DNA of 51,558 bases from Flavobacterium sp. (GTDB taxonomy: Bacteria; Bacteroidota; Bacteroidia; Flavobacteriales; Flavobacteriaceae): assembly GCA_044231345.1 (NCBI GenBank), contig JBIHZQ010000001.1:1-51558 (forward strand). The letters run 5' to 3'. The notes beneath the pieces were generated by a model, which ran no database searches, was not told the DNA's origin, and saw nothing but the letters and a program-made list of their open reading frames with translations. A program made the position numbers and the translations under genes. Positions 8,347 to 18,024 of the stretch are shown in pieces; position 1 is the stretch's first letter, and every line of letters starts with the position of its first letter.

Positions 8347-9888
8347 TTATGATGCTTCTTGATGTTCTTCAATGGTTAATAATACTGGAGTTGTTAGTTG
8401 TTCATAGTGGCTATTATACACTTTTTGGTAGGCCAATTCATATTCCTTAATAAATTTCCCAATTGTGAAGTTTTCAATTACTTTTTTTCGAGCATTAATA
8501 CCCATTTGAATTCTCAGGGGTTCATTTTGCAATAATTCGATTACCCTTTTTCCAATTTCTACATAATTCTTTGGTTTACAAATAAACCCACAGGAAACGT
8601 CTAAAGCTTCAGTCACGCCTCCAACATCTGTGGAAACAACAGGGATAGAACAACTCATGGATTCTAAAACCGTGTATGGAAAACCCTCTGAAATTGAGGT
8701 TAATATTGAAATATCTCCCTCCGAAAAAATCAAATGTGGCTTTTGATGATACCCCGCTAAAATAAAATTAGATTCTAATCCTAAATCGCAAATTAATTGT
8801 TCGCATTCCTTAGTATATTCGGGAACAGCAGTTTTGTCTCCGTAAACTAAAAATTTGACATTCGGAATTTCTTTTTTAACTTCTTTGCAGGACAAAATCA
8901 TGGTTAAAATATCTTTAAGTTCAAATATTCTGGCCGCTGCAACCACTGTTGGAATTCCTCTTAAATGTTCTGGTTTTGGTGAAGGAGAAAAGAGTTCATG
9001 ATCAATTCCATTATAGATTACCTCGATTTTGTTTGGATTTGCATGGTATAATTTTTCCCATAAAATATTAAATTTATTAACCGAAAGAATCAATGCGGCC
9101 TTGTGATAAACTAATTCTGTTATGGATTCTGATAGTTTAATTAAGAGTTTTTTTAAAAAAAAAGAATATTCAGAGGTATTAATTGCTAACAATCGCTCGC
9201 GTATAAAAACACCATGTTCAGTAGCTATAATGGGTGTTCCATATTTATAATTAAGAACCAAAGCAGGAATTACAGGAAATCCAGAAATTGTTAAGTGGGA
9301 AATATCTGCTTTTGGAACATCAATAGATAAGGGAATTAAAAATCGATACAACCATCTCATTCCGACTGTCAAGTCGTATAACGTAACATCTTGATCGTTT
9401 TCTTTTAAAATAACTTCAGAAATATTAGCACAATAAGCATCCCAAACCAAGGTACTCTTCATTGTTTTTTTATAATCATGATTTTGAAAAAATTGCCACA
9501 TTAAGCAAAGTATTTCATCTAAGCTAACTGGATTATTGGTGTCCAAATAGATGGTTTGTATTAGCCTATCAAATAAGGGAATAAATTCAGTCCTAACTGC
9601 TTCTGAATCGTCAATCTCTTTTCGTTTTATAAATTCATAGTATGGAATTGCATAATCAATCAACTCATGAGGTTCTAATGGAGACCATAAGGGAACTTGA
9701 ACAATTTTTTTTACCGAATCACTTAGAGAATATTTTGGGTTTTCTTCAAAATTAGCATTGATTGAATACAGATAATAGTCTACATTTTTTATATCATTAC
9801 ACAACATATGTGCCCAAGTTGAAACTCCGCCACCATTGAAGGGATAAGTTCCTTCTAGTATTAACAGAACACTATAATTATTTTTCAT
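8347..9888 (-). CDS. pelF: GT4 glycosyltransferase PelF (DUF3492 + Glycos_transf_1)
   Basis: N-terminal LILEGTYPFNGGGVSTW, TEHGVFIRER, C-terminal LTSISEGFPYTVLESM and STDVGG. Confidence 0.93.
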   Translation of the reverse strand: MKNNYSVLLILEGTYPFNGGGVSTWAHMLCNDIKNVDYYLYSINANFEENPKYSLSDSVKKIVQVPLWSPLEPHELIDYAIPYYEFIKRKEIDDSEAVRTEFIPLFDRLIQTIYLDTNNPVSLDEILCLMWQFFQNHDYKKTMKSTLVWDAYCANISEVILKENDQDVTLYDLTVGMRWLYRFLIPLSIDVPKADISHLTISGFPVIPALVLNYKYGTPIIATEHGVFIRERLLAINTSEYSFFLKKLLIKLSESITELVYHKAALILSVNKFNILWEKLYHANPNKIEVIYNGIDHELFSPSPKPEHLRGIPTVVAAARIFELKDILTMILSCKEVKKEIPNVKFLVYGDKTAVPEYTKECEQLICDLGLESNFILAGYHQKPHLIFSEGDISILTSISEGFPYTVLESMSCSIPVVSTDVGGVTEALDVSCGFICKPKNYVEIGKRVIELLQNEPLRIQMGINARKKVIENFTIGKFIKEYELAYQKVYNSHYEQLTTPVLLTIEEHQEAS

Positions 9889-9987
9889 ACGGCTTGAAAC
9901 AGTTTAAATAAGTAATTAATAACCTCGATAAAGCTTTGGAGTCTTAATTACTCTGTAGAATTATTTTGTATTATTGAAGTTTTTAAA

Positions 9988-9995
9988 CAAATGTA
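9988..9995 (-). promoter_or_regulatory. Bacteroidota sigma-A -7 box upstream of pelF
   Basis: TACATTTG on the minus strand matches TAnnTTTG, ~100 bp before the pelF start; no TTG at the usual -33 spacing. Confidence 0.55.
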
Positions 9996-10105
9996 GGTGT
10001 CGATTTACTACATAAAAAAAACATCCGACCAATTAATACAATTGACGATTAATTACATAAATAGCTATTTTACAACTACTTATAAATAAAAAGTGGGTAA
10101 ACAAA

Positions 10106-11635
10106 TTATTCGAATGAAGCTTCTCGAATTTTCTTTCCAATCAGTAAATTGAGTTTTATTTTATAATCCTCTATCAACCATTCTTTATAGTTTTTACTAC
10201 AATGACTCAAACAATTTGAATACCGTCTCATTCTGCATTCAATATCATCTTGAAGTTCTCTTGCCAATTTTTTAGATTCCAATAAATCAGAGGCGTTATT
10301 AACACACATTAAAGCATGTTGTTCAATTGATTTTTCAATAACAATTTTAGATCGTTTATTTTCAGAAATTGCCTTTCGATGTTCTAATTCAACGTCAAAG
10401 GAAATGTCATCAGTCATGGCAAATTTAGCTCTTAATTCTGGTGGCATTTGGTATTTGAAATGCATTTCTATTTCTAAATCATCGCGCAAGTTTTCTAAAT
10501 AAAATTCTGGCGATTTAAAAATATGTTGCCAATCTACGGGGCTGCTCCATAAACCAAAACGAGCGGCATTGTTTCCTAAGTCTATTACTGTAAAGTTGTC
10601 TTTATTAGACAATTTTCTTGAACCACGCCCTATCATTTGATAGTATAAAGTCAGTGATTTTGTAGCACGATTTAAAATAATAGTTTCAACGGTTGGCTCA
10701 TCAAAACCGGTGGTCAAAATTCCAACGGAGGTCAAAATTGCATTAGGAGTTTTCTTAAACCAACTCAAAATATCTTTACGCTCCTCGCTACTACAAGTAT
10801 TATCTAAATGCCGTATCCCATATCCTGCGGCTTTAAAAGTTTCGTAAACATATAAAGAAGTACTAATTCCGTTATTAAAAATTAAAGTCTTTTTACCCAA
10901 TGATTTTTCATTATAGGCATGCAACAACTTTTCTTGCATGACCATATTGGAATACAAATCATCTGATGATTTTACGGTATAATCACCATTTATTCCCACT
11001 TTCAATGAGGTAAGTCCAACATCATAACTATAAGTGATTGCCTTAGCTAAAAAACCATTATCTATTAATGAAGAGATTGTATCACCTACGATTAATTCAT
11101 CGTAATTCTCATTCATTGGTAATTTAATATTGGAACTAAGCGGTGTGGCGGTCACTCCCAGTATAAATGCGTTGGTGAAGGAGCTAAGCAATTTTCTGAA
11201 AGAATTGTAATGAGCTTCATCAATAATCACTAATCCTACATTATCAATGTGCAATTTTTCATCATTAATCCTATTTTTCAAGGTTTCTACCATTGCCACA
11301 AAACATGAATATTCATTTTGATCGGGTAATTCCTTGACCTTACTATTGATGATTTTATTTTTTACCTCAAAACCCTTAAGCATTTTTGAAGTTTGCTTAC
11401 AAAGCTCAATGCGATGAGTTAATACGACAACTTTTTTATTATGTTTGGATAAATATTGCCTAACTATTTCTGAAAAAATAACGGTTTTTCCCCCACCTGT
11501 AGGAAGTTGATAGAGCAAATGATAATTGTTGGGGGCATTATCTAATCGTTCAAAAATGGCATCTATATCCCCTCTTTGATACTCGTAAAGCTCTTTTTTT
11601 TCTTCTAATTCAAGTTCTGTATCCTTTTGAGGCAT
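10106..11635 (-). CDS. SF2 DEAD/DEAH-box helicase (ResIII + Helicase_C)
   Basis: LPTGGGKT, IIDEAH, TAT, TGFDEP, QMIGRGSR; start set at ATG 11635 because a promoter overlaps the longer ORF start. Confidence 0.9.
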   Translation of the reverse strand: MPQKDTELELEEKKELYEYQRGDIDAIFERLDNAPNNYHLLYQLPTGGGKTVIFSEIVRQYLSKHNKKVVVLTHRIELCKQTSKMLKGFEVKNKIINSKVKELPDQNEYSCFVAMVETLKNRINDEKLHIDNVGLVIIDEAHYNSFRKLLSSFTNAFILGVTATPLSSNIKLPMNENYDELIVGDTISSLIDNGFLAKAITYSYDVGLTSLKVGINGDYTVKSSDDLYSNMVMQEKLLHAYNEKSLGKKTLIFNNGISTSLYVYETFKAAGYGIRHLDNTCSSEERKDILSWFKKTPNAILTSVGILTTGFDEPTVETIILNRATKSLTLYYQMIGRGSRKLSNKDNFTVIDLGNNAARFGLWSSPVDWQHIFKSPEFYLENLRDDLEIEMHFKYQMPPELRAKFAMTDDISFDVELEHRKAISENKRSKIVIEKSIEQHALMCVNNASDLLESKKLARELQDDIECRMRRYSNCLSHCSKNYKEWLIEDYKIKLNLLIGKKIREASFE

Positions 11636-11654
11636 TTTTTTGTCTGGATTTTTG

Positions 11655-11684
11655 CAAAAATACACCTAAAAAGAGTTAATTCAA
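11655..11684 (-). promoter_or_regulatory. Sigma-A promoter of the helicase
   Basis: TTG (11684-11682), 19 nt, TATTTTTG (11662-11655). Confidence 0.65.
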
Positions 11685-11707
11685 TGTCGAAAATTCATAA
11701 ATATTAT

Positions 11708-12223
11708 TTAATATTCAATAAAGGTCAAAGCCTCTTCAAAATTATTTTTATTATACCAGTCTTGAGTAGCCGCTTCTAATTGTATTGCTTTAAATCTGGG
11801 TTTAAAATCAGTATGTATTCCTTGTTTAATGCAAAATTGAATTGCTTGTTCTAATGATGAAAACATACTTTTACAAAATAATTCTTGTTTAACTGGTTTC
11901 TCACTTGAAAATGTTTGTGCGATTTCGATAGCAAAACACATTACATCGGCAATGCAATAACTGTCCACCCCTAATATTTGAAAATGTTTAATGAACTTTT
12001 GGGCAATGGAACGTCTGGCTTTGGGTCTTTTCCCTTTTATTGGAAAATATTCATTTGCTATTTTCAATTTACATGCTCTTACCAATTCGACCTCCTTTGG
12101 ATTAAATACAAAATCATAGTAGGTTTTTACCGCAGGGAATTTATCGTAAAGACTAACTAATTGATTGGCTAATTCCTCTTTGTCTAATTCGATTAAATAT
12201 TTTTTCAGCTCTCTTTTGCTCAT
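11708..12223 (-). CDS. Conserved hypothetical protein (DUF6155-like)
   Basis: MSKRELKKYL...KTYYDFVFNPKE resembles a conserved flavobacterial family; TACTTTTG box at 12250-12243. Confidence 0.65.
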   Translation of the reverse strand: MSKRELKKYLIELDKEELANQLVSLYDKFPAVKTYYDFVFNPKEVELVRACKLKIANEYFPIKGKRPKARRSIAQKFIKHFQILGVDSYCIADVMCFAIEIAQTFSSEKPVKQELFCKSMFSSLEQAIQFCIKQGIHTDFKPRFKAIQLEAATQDWYNKNNFEEALTFIEY

Positions 12224-12317
12224 ATTCGTTAACTATTTACTACAAAAGTAAATAGTTTATTATTGTATTCTTTTATTGAATGATAAATACTTAATTTTGT
12301 ACCCTAAAATACTCCTA

Positions 12318-12590
12318 ATGACAAAGACTACTTTTTTTAAGATAATTGCACTTTTAGAAGGAATTTCCTTACTTACATTACTGTTTTTTGCTTATGCTTA
12401 TCGCATAGATTTTTTAGTACGCATTATCGGAATGGCGCATGGTTTATTATTCATTGGCTATCTAATATTTGCGCTTATTTTAAAATTTGAACAAAACTGG
12501 TCCTTGACAAAACTAGCAGTAATCTGTTTGGCTTCATTGCTACCCTTCGGAACTTTTTATGTAGAAAAAAAATATTTAAGAGATGCTTAA
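12318..12590 (+). CDS. DUF3817 family small membrane protein
   Basis: ALLEGIS, GMAHGLLFIGY, ASLLPFGTF; ATG 12318 follows a TAATTTTG box at 12292-12299. Confidence 0.8.
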   Translation: MTKTTFFKIIALLEGISLLTLLFFAYAYRIDFLVRIIGMAHGLLFIGYLIFALILKFEQNWSLTKLAVICLASLLPFGTFYVEKKYLRDA

Positions 12591-13836
12591 TCTAACCGAA
12601 GAACTATTTGGATGGTGCTATCCTTTATTAAAAAAATGGGGGTTGGGTGAAAACTTTTCATCCTATGCAAGTTTACTGATTAACAGTTTAATTTTATGTG
12701 TTTTAGCTTATTCTATTTATGTAATTTTTAGACTTATTTTGGTTACTGTTATGGCATTGATTGCTAAAAAAACCAAAACAAAATTTGATGATTTATTAGT
12801 TTCCAATAAAACAGCAAAATATATTGCACACCTAATTCCTCTTTTATTCATTTATAAATCCGTTCCAATAATATTAAGTGATTATGTATATTGGGAGTCT
12901 ATTTTTGGAAAACTAGTAGGCGTTTATATCGTATTATTAGTGCTTTGGATCGTAAGAACCATCTTTAATGCTTTGCAAGAGCACCTCAAACAGATTCCAA
13001 AATTTAGCGACAAACCCATTGACAGTTACATTCAAGTAATTATGATTGTCTTTTGGACGATTGGGATAGCTATTATTATTTCAAAAATTTTTTCCATTAA
13101 TCAAAATGAATTATTAGGAATTTTAGGGGCGATTTCTGCCATAATCATATTAATTTTCAGAGATACCATTTTAGGATTTGTGGCCAGTGTTCAAGTATCT
13201 CTCAACGACATGGTTCGCATTGGAGACTGGATTACTTTTGACAAATATGGAGCCGATGGAGATGTAATTGAAATTAATTTAGCTACCGTAAAAGTGCGTA
13301 ATTTTGATAATACCACAACTACTATTCCCACGTACAGCTTGATTTCGGATTCTTTTAGAAATTGGCGAGGAATGTTGACTTCTGATGGAAGAAGGCTGAA
13401 AAGACACGTGTTAATTAAAACGAAAAGTATTCGTTTTCTAGAAGATGAAGAAGTCGAAAATCTAAAAAAAATCGAATTAATAAATCATTACCTTGAAACT
13501 AAATTAGTTGAAATAAATAAATTTAATGCACTCCATTCTATTGATAAATCGTTGCTAATTAATGGTCGAAATCTAACAAACTTTGGAATCTTTAGAAAGT
13601 ACATTACTTGCTATTTAGAACATCATCCAGGCATTAACAAAAATATGATTTTATTGTGCCGTCAATTGCAACCTACTCCAAATGGCATTCCTTTAGAAAT
13701 TTATGCTTTTTCTCATGACAAAAAATTTGAGAATTATGAATACATTCTTTCTGATATTTTTGATCACATTATTGCTTCGGTTTCTTACTTTGATTTAGAA
13801 ATATTTGAAACCCATTCACTAGAAAACGAACTCTAA
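12583..13836 (+). CDS. Mechanosensitive ion channel, MscS family (YbdG-like)
   Basis: FRDTILGFVASVQ, DMVRIGDWI, YGADGDVIEINL, TIPTY, NWRGM. Confidence 0.92.
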   Translation: MLNLTEELFGWCYPLLKKWGLGENFSSYASLLINSLILCVLAYSIYVIFRLILVTVMALIAKKTKTKFDDLLVSNKTAKYIAHLIPLLFIYKSVPIILSDYVYWESIFGKLVGVYIVLLVLWIVRTIFNALQEHLKQIPKFSDKPIDSYIQVIMIVFWTIGIAIIISKIFSINQNELLGILGAISAIIILIFRDTILGFVASVQVSLNDMVRIGDWITFDKYGADGDVIEINLATVKVRNFDNTTTTIPTYSLISDSFRNWRGMLTSDGRRLKRHVLIKTKSIRFLEDEEVENLKKIELINHYLETKLVEINKFNALHSIDKSLLINGRNLTNFGIFRKYITCYLEHHPGINKNMILLCRQLQPTPNGIPLEIYAFSHDKKFENYEYILSDIFDHIIASVSYFDLEIFETHSLENEL

Positions 13837-13847
13837 AACTATAAAAA

Positions 13848-14246
13848 ATGGAGCCAAGAGATGTACTTATTTGTAAAATTCGTGGAGAAGTCATTGGGAT
13901 AGTTACTGAGCAATCGACTGCGGAAGAAGCATTTCAAAATAGGACTTTACGCCCTATTTTAAAATTACAAAATGATATTTTTATAATTGTTTTGCAAAAT
14001 TATATTGCTAAACATAAAAGCGATTTTTTTAGCTTTTCACCTGAAAAAAAAATTAAATTCATTGAAAATGCTTTAGCTAAAGACATTAAGTTAAGAAATT
14101 TATTTAAAGGATTAGTGCTCGGTTTATTCACTACAATCGAATATCAAGATTATGTGAAAAACAGTTCAAATTATAATAAACGGATTCTCTCAATGTTGAC
14201 AGAACGATTAAAAAGTCAAGTCCAATTGTTTGAAAATAACTATTGA
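13848..14246 (+). CDS. Conserved flavobacterial hypothetical protein
   Basis: EEAFQNRTLRPILKLQN motif; 11 bp after the MscS gene. Confidence 0.65.
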   Translation: MEPRDVLICKIRGEVIGIVTEQSTAEEAFQNRTLRPILKLQNDIFIIVLQNYIAKHKSDFFSFSPEKKIKFIENALAKDIKLRNLFKGLVLGLFTTIEYQDYVKNSSNYNKRILSMLTERLKSQVQLFENNY

Positions 14247-14253
14247 ACAACTA

Positions 14254-14748
14254 CTATTCATTTTCTTTTTCTTCGATCTCAATAGTTTTATCATTAGACT
14301 GAGATTCTTCATTCCTGATTTCAGTATGTCTAATTTCGCCACCCGTTGTTCCAACATTTTTTGCTAAAAACCCACTTATTAATGCTAATGCTAAAGTGCA
14401 ATAAGTGGCAATTGTTGAAAATTTATAATTTTTATATGATGCAATCAAAGAAATGAAAGCTCCAATTCCTGTGGCATATAATAGTAGTATGAATTTTTCA
14501 GCTATTTCTTCATGTTCATGAATAATATCATGCCCAATTCCAGGGAGGTTTTCAACTAATTCTTCAGCGCCTTCGCCAGTTTTCATGCTAAAGGCTCCAA
14601 AAATAGCCGCAATTATAAACACGAAATAAGCTGTGTTTTTTACCGAATTGTTTTTCAAAATAATTCCAGTTATTACTATTCCAATTCCAAAAAGTAATCC
14701 GATAATTGGAAAATGATTAACTACAAGATGTAAGTGAGCGTCATTCAT
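14254..14748 (-). CDS. His-rich four-TM membrane protein (DUF2231-like, possible heme binding)
   Basis: HLHLVVNHFPI, TGEGAEE, HEHEE, GGEIRH around four TM segments. Confidence 0.6.
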   Translation of the reverse strand: MNDAHLHLVVNHFPIIGLLFGIGIVITGIILKNNSVKNTAYFVFIIAAIFGAFSMKTGEGAEELVENLPGIGHDIIHEHEEIAEKFILLLYATGIGAFISLIASYKNYKFSTIATYCTLALALISGFLAKNVGTTGGEIRHTEIRNEESQSNDKTIEIEEKENE

Positions 14749-14774
14749 AAATTTATTTATTTAAGTTAAAATTT

Positions 14775-15893
14775 TTATCCAGCTAGAGAAACTCCGATTA
14801 AAGTCCCAATTCCATAAGTAAAAGCAGCAGCTGCTAATCCAAAAACTACTTGTCGAAATCCAGAAAACAAGATGCTCTTTCCAGTTAAAAGTGTGATAGC
14901 TGCACCGATTCCAAAAAGCCCAACAACACTACTCCCAATACTGATCAATATTGCTTTTTGACCATCAAAAATCATAAAAGGATAAAGTGGAATTATTGCC
15001 CCAATCGAAAACAATATAAAAGAAGCAATAGCGGCTTCCCAAGCGGAGCCTCCTAATTCTTCTTTGTCGATTCCTAATTCTTCTTTTATTATAGCATCAA
15101 TAGCCGTTTCTGGAGATTCAAATGCTTTCTCAGCTAATTTTTGAGCTTCTGTAATATCCATGCCTTTTGCCTGGTATAACAATACTAACTCTTTTTTTTC
15201 TTCTTCTGGGGAAGCCTCCAGTTCTTCCATTTCTAGATCAATTTGGCGTTGATTCAATTCACGCGAACTTTGAACGGAGAGCCATTCACCCAAAGCCATT
15301 GATATTGCTCCCGCTAAAAGCCCTGCAATACCCGTTAACAATATTGTATTATTAGAAACTGCAGCACCAGCAACTCCCATGACCAAACTCATATTAGAAA
15401 CCAATCCATCATTTGAACCTAATACTGCAGCACGTAACGCATTTCCACCCACAGATTTATGCCGACTTTCAAATTTTGACAATAATCCTCCCGAAATATT
15501 CAAGGCTTTATTATTGTTCACTGCTTCAATAATACTTAAATGATTGTGTTCAAAACCACTTAATTTTTCACCTTTTTCGATTTTATTTTTTATGGTGTTT
15601 ACAGCAAACTGTTTTTCAATGGTGGATAAACTACTAATTATCGAACTATAACCAAAAAGCTTACCTAGCCGCAATTGAAATTTAGCTTTAGATGAAGGTT
15701 CAGGAAGTTGATAATTTGTATCAAAAGAGTTGACTTTTAAATAGATATGATTTGCATGACCCGTTTCTATTTCGGCAAGACTATTCAATACCCGAGAGAG
15801 ATTTTCATCGGATTGTAGTGAAGCGATACTCCGATACAAAAAAGCGGTATCTACCTCTGTTTGTAATTGATCTTTAAGTTTTTTTAAATCCAT
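14775..15893 (-). CDS. VIT1/CCC1 metal transporter with N-terminal ferritin/rubrerythrin-like domain
   Basis: LRAAVLGSNDGLVS, AGAISMALGEWLS, EELG; N-terminal EVDTAFLY...ETGH and EHNH (ExxH). Confidence 0.88.
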   Translation of the reverse strand: MDLKKLKDQLQTEVDTAFLYRSIASLQSDENLSRVLNSLAEIETGHANHIYLKVNSFDTNYQLPEPSSKAKFQLRLGKLFGYSSIISSLSTIEKQFAVNTIKNKIEKGEKLSGFEHNHLSIIEAVNNNKALNISGGLLSKFESRHKSVGGNALRAAVLGSNDGLVSNMSLVMGVAGAAVSNNTILLTGIAGLLAGAISMALGEWLSVQSSRELNQRQIDLEMEELEASPEEEKKELVLLYQAKGMDITEAQKLAEKAFESPETAIDAIIKEELGIDKEELGGSAWEAAIASFILFSIGAIIPLYPFMIFDGQKAILISIGSSVVGLFGIGAAITLLTGKSILFSGFRQVVFGLAAAAFTYGIGTLIGVSLAG

Positions 15894-15954
15894 TTTGTTA
15901 TCATTTAAAAGTTTTTAATCTCAATATACGTTTATTAATTAAGAGCATTTCAAA

Positions 15955-17343
15955 TTAAAATGTCAAAACAAAAGTTGCTCCCTTCTGTGGTTTTCCATAA
16001 ACACAAATATCGATTTTCAATAGTATACATAACCTTTTTACAATAGAAAGTCCTAGTCCAGTCCCTTTAATATCAGGATGTTCGTCAGAATTAGATCGAT
16101 AAAAAGGAATAAATATTTTTTCCATATCCTCTGTAGAAATCCCTATTCCAGAATCAATAAAACTACAACTGATTTGCGAACCTAATTTAGTTATTTTGAT
16201 GCTAAAAATTGATTTTAATTCAGAATATTTAATTGCATTTGACACCAAATTATTTATTATTATAGAACAGAGATATGCATCTGTTTCAACGAAATATTCC
16301 TTTTCAAAAGCTGTAATAATTTGTAATTCCTTTTCTACTATTTCCTTATTATATCGAGATATTGTTTCTAAAACTAAAGCATTAAGTGAAATTTTTTCTT
16401 TTTTAATCTCTGTTCCTTGATTTTCGAAACGGGCTAAAAGTAGGAGTTGATCCACAAGATAATTTAGGCGATTCACTTCTGATACGCAGAAATTGATTTT
16501 TTCTTCATATTCTGATTGCTCTCTTGGTTTTCTGATTAAAACTTCTAACGTACCTTTTATCACCGCTAATGGCGTTCTTAGCTCGTGCGAAGCATCGGAA
16601 GTAAACTGTTTTTCACGTTCAATAGCACTTTCAATTCGGTCTAACAAATCGTTGATCGTTTGGGACAAAACATACAATTCATCTCGATTTTCAGGTAAAG
16701 GAATTCTAGATTTTAAATTATCTTTAGTAATGTTGTTTGACGTTTCTATGATCGAATTAATTGGTTTTATACTTCTTCCTGCAATAAAACGGGCAATTAA
16801 AAAAAGAAAAAACAAAATTAATGGAAATGTAATTATCATCACGCGAGTCAAATTGTTCAATACCATAGAGGCATTTTCTAACGACATGGCAACAATCAAA
16901 TAGCCAACAATTTTTTTGTTTTGATATATAGGCACTTGTGTTTGCCTAATAATTGTGTTATCACTCAACCGATTATTAAAAAGGGTATTGTTATCCATTT
17001 TTGAAAAAAAATCTAAACTTATTTTCTTAAGATTCGGTGATTTTTCAAGAAGATACCCGCTTTCATCAACAAATTGAACAAAAACCGGATCAATATCAAA
17101 CGTATTGTGTTCGCGTTCCTTCCATTCATCTTCATGAATTAGTAAAATACAATTTTCCTTGATTTCTATTTCTAATAAATGTTTTTTAACTTCACTTAAT
17201 ACATCATTATTTACTTTTTCATAAACGCTATATTTTACAATATAGTGAATGAAAAAGAAAACAATTATTACCAATAAAGCAGTCGTAAAAATATAATTAA
17301 AAGCTATTCTATTTTTGAAAGATAAAGGGACTATTTTAATCAT
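15955..17343 (-). CDS. Sensor histidine kinase (2 TM, HAMP, HisKA, HATPase)
   Basis: DASHELRTPL, NLVSNAIKYS, DSGIGI, FYR, GTGLGL; likely start ATG 17343 overlapping the regulator stop. Confidence 0.93.
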   Translation of the reverse strand: MIKIVPLSFKNRIAFNYIFTTALLVIIVFFFIHYIVKYSVYEKVNNDVLSEVKKHLLEIEIKENCILLIHEDEWKEREHNTFDIDPVFVQFVDESGYLLEKSPNLKKISLDFFSKMDNNTLFNNRLSDNTIIRQTQVPIYQNKKIVGYLIVAMSLENASMVLNNLTRVMIITFPLILFFLFLIARFIAGRSIKPINSIIETSNNITKDNLKSRIPLPENRDELYVLSQTINDLLDRIESAIEREKQFTSDASHELRTPLAVIKGTLEVLIRKPREQSEYEEKINFCVSEVNRLNYLVDQLLLLARFENQGTEIKKEKISLNALVLETISRYNKEIVEKELQIITAFEKEYFVETDAYLCSIIINNLVSNAIKYSELKSIFSIKITKLGSQISCSFIDSGIGISTEDMEKIFIPFYRSNSDEHPDIKGTGLGLSIVKRLCILLKIDICVYGKPQKGATFVLTF

Positions 17344-18001
17344 CTTTTGCAATATATCCAATTCCACGAATTGTTTTAATGTAATCTTCTTCGATTTTTA
17401 AATTTAATTTTTTTCTGATGGAATTCATAAACACATCAATAACTCCAGAATCATATTCAAAATGTATGTTCCAAACGTCTTCTATAATTTGTGTTCTTGT
17501 ACAAACTGTTCCCTTATTCTTGACAAGATAATAGAGCAACTCAAACTCTCGTTGGGTCAATGCTACGGGATTATTTTGCACAAAAACTGTATGGTTACTT
17601 AAATTAATTATAATTGAGCCTAAATGAAGTATTGAAGTTTCTTTTTGGTATCTAAAATGAATTTTGATTCGTTCCAATAATTCATCAAAACTAAAAGGCT
17701 TTTTTATAAAATCATTTGCGCCCGACTGCAATCCTTCTATAGTTTCTTGAAGGGTATCTTTGGCAGTCAAAAAAATAATTGGAGTAATAGAATCTTTTAA
17801 ACGTATCGTTTTACATAACTCTAGTCCACTCATTTTGGGTAACATCCAGTCCAGTATTATTAGGTCAAATTTTGTCTTTTGAATCATTTCTAAACCTAAA
17901 ATTCCATTTTTCGCAGTGGAAATTGTATAGCCTTCTTCCTCCAAACCTTGTTGCAGAAATTGGATAATCCCTTCTTCATCTTCGACTAATAATAAATGCA
18001 T
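17336..18001 (-). CDS. OmpR-family response regulator
   Basis: LLVEDE, ILDWMLP, FLTAKD, KPF, winged-helix LTQREFELL...TIRGIGY. Confidence 0.95.
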   Translation of the reverse strand: MHLLLVEDEEGIIQFLQQGLEEEGYTISTAKNGILGLEMIQKTKFDLIILDWMLPKMSGLELCKTIRLKDSITPIIFLTAKDTLQETIEGLQSGANDFIKKPFSFDELLERIKIHFRYQKETSILHLGSIIINLSNHTVFVQNNPVALTQREFELLYYLVKNKGTVCTRTQIIEDVWNIHFEYDSGVIDVFMNSIRKKLNLKIEEDYIKTIRGIGYIAKDD

Positions 18002-18024
18002 AATTTTTATTATTTACTAACCAA

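Noticed and set aside
10106-12223. Helicase plus small gene as an anti-phage or restriction system
   Set aside because: No nuclease or methylase nearby; each gene has its own housekeeping-type promoter box
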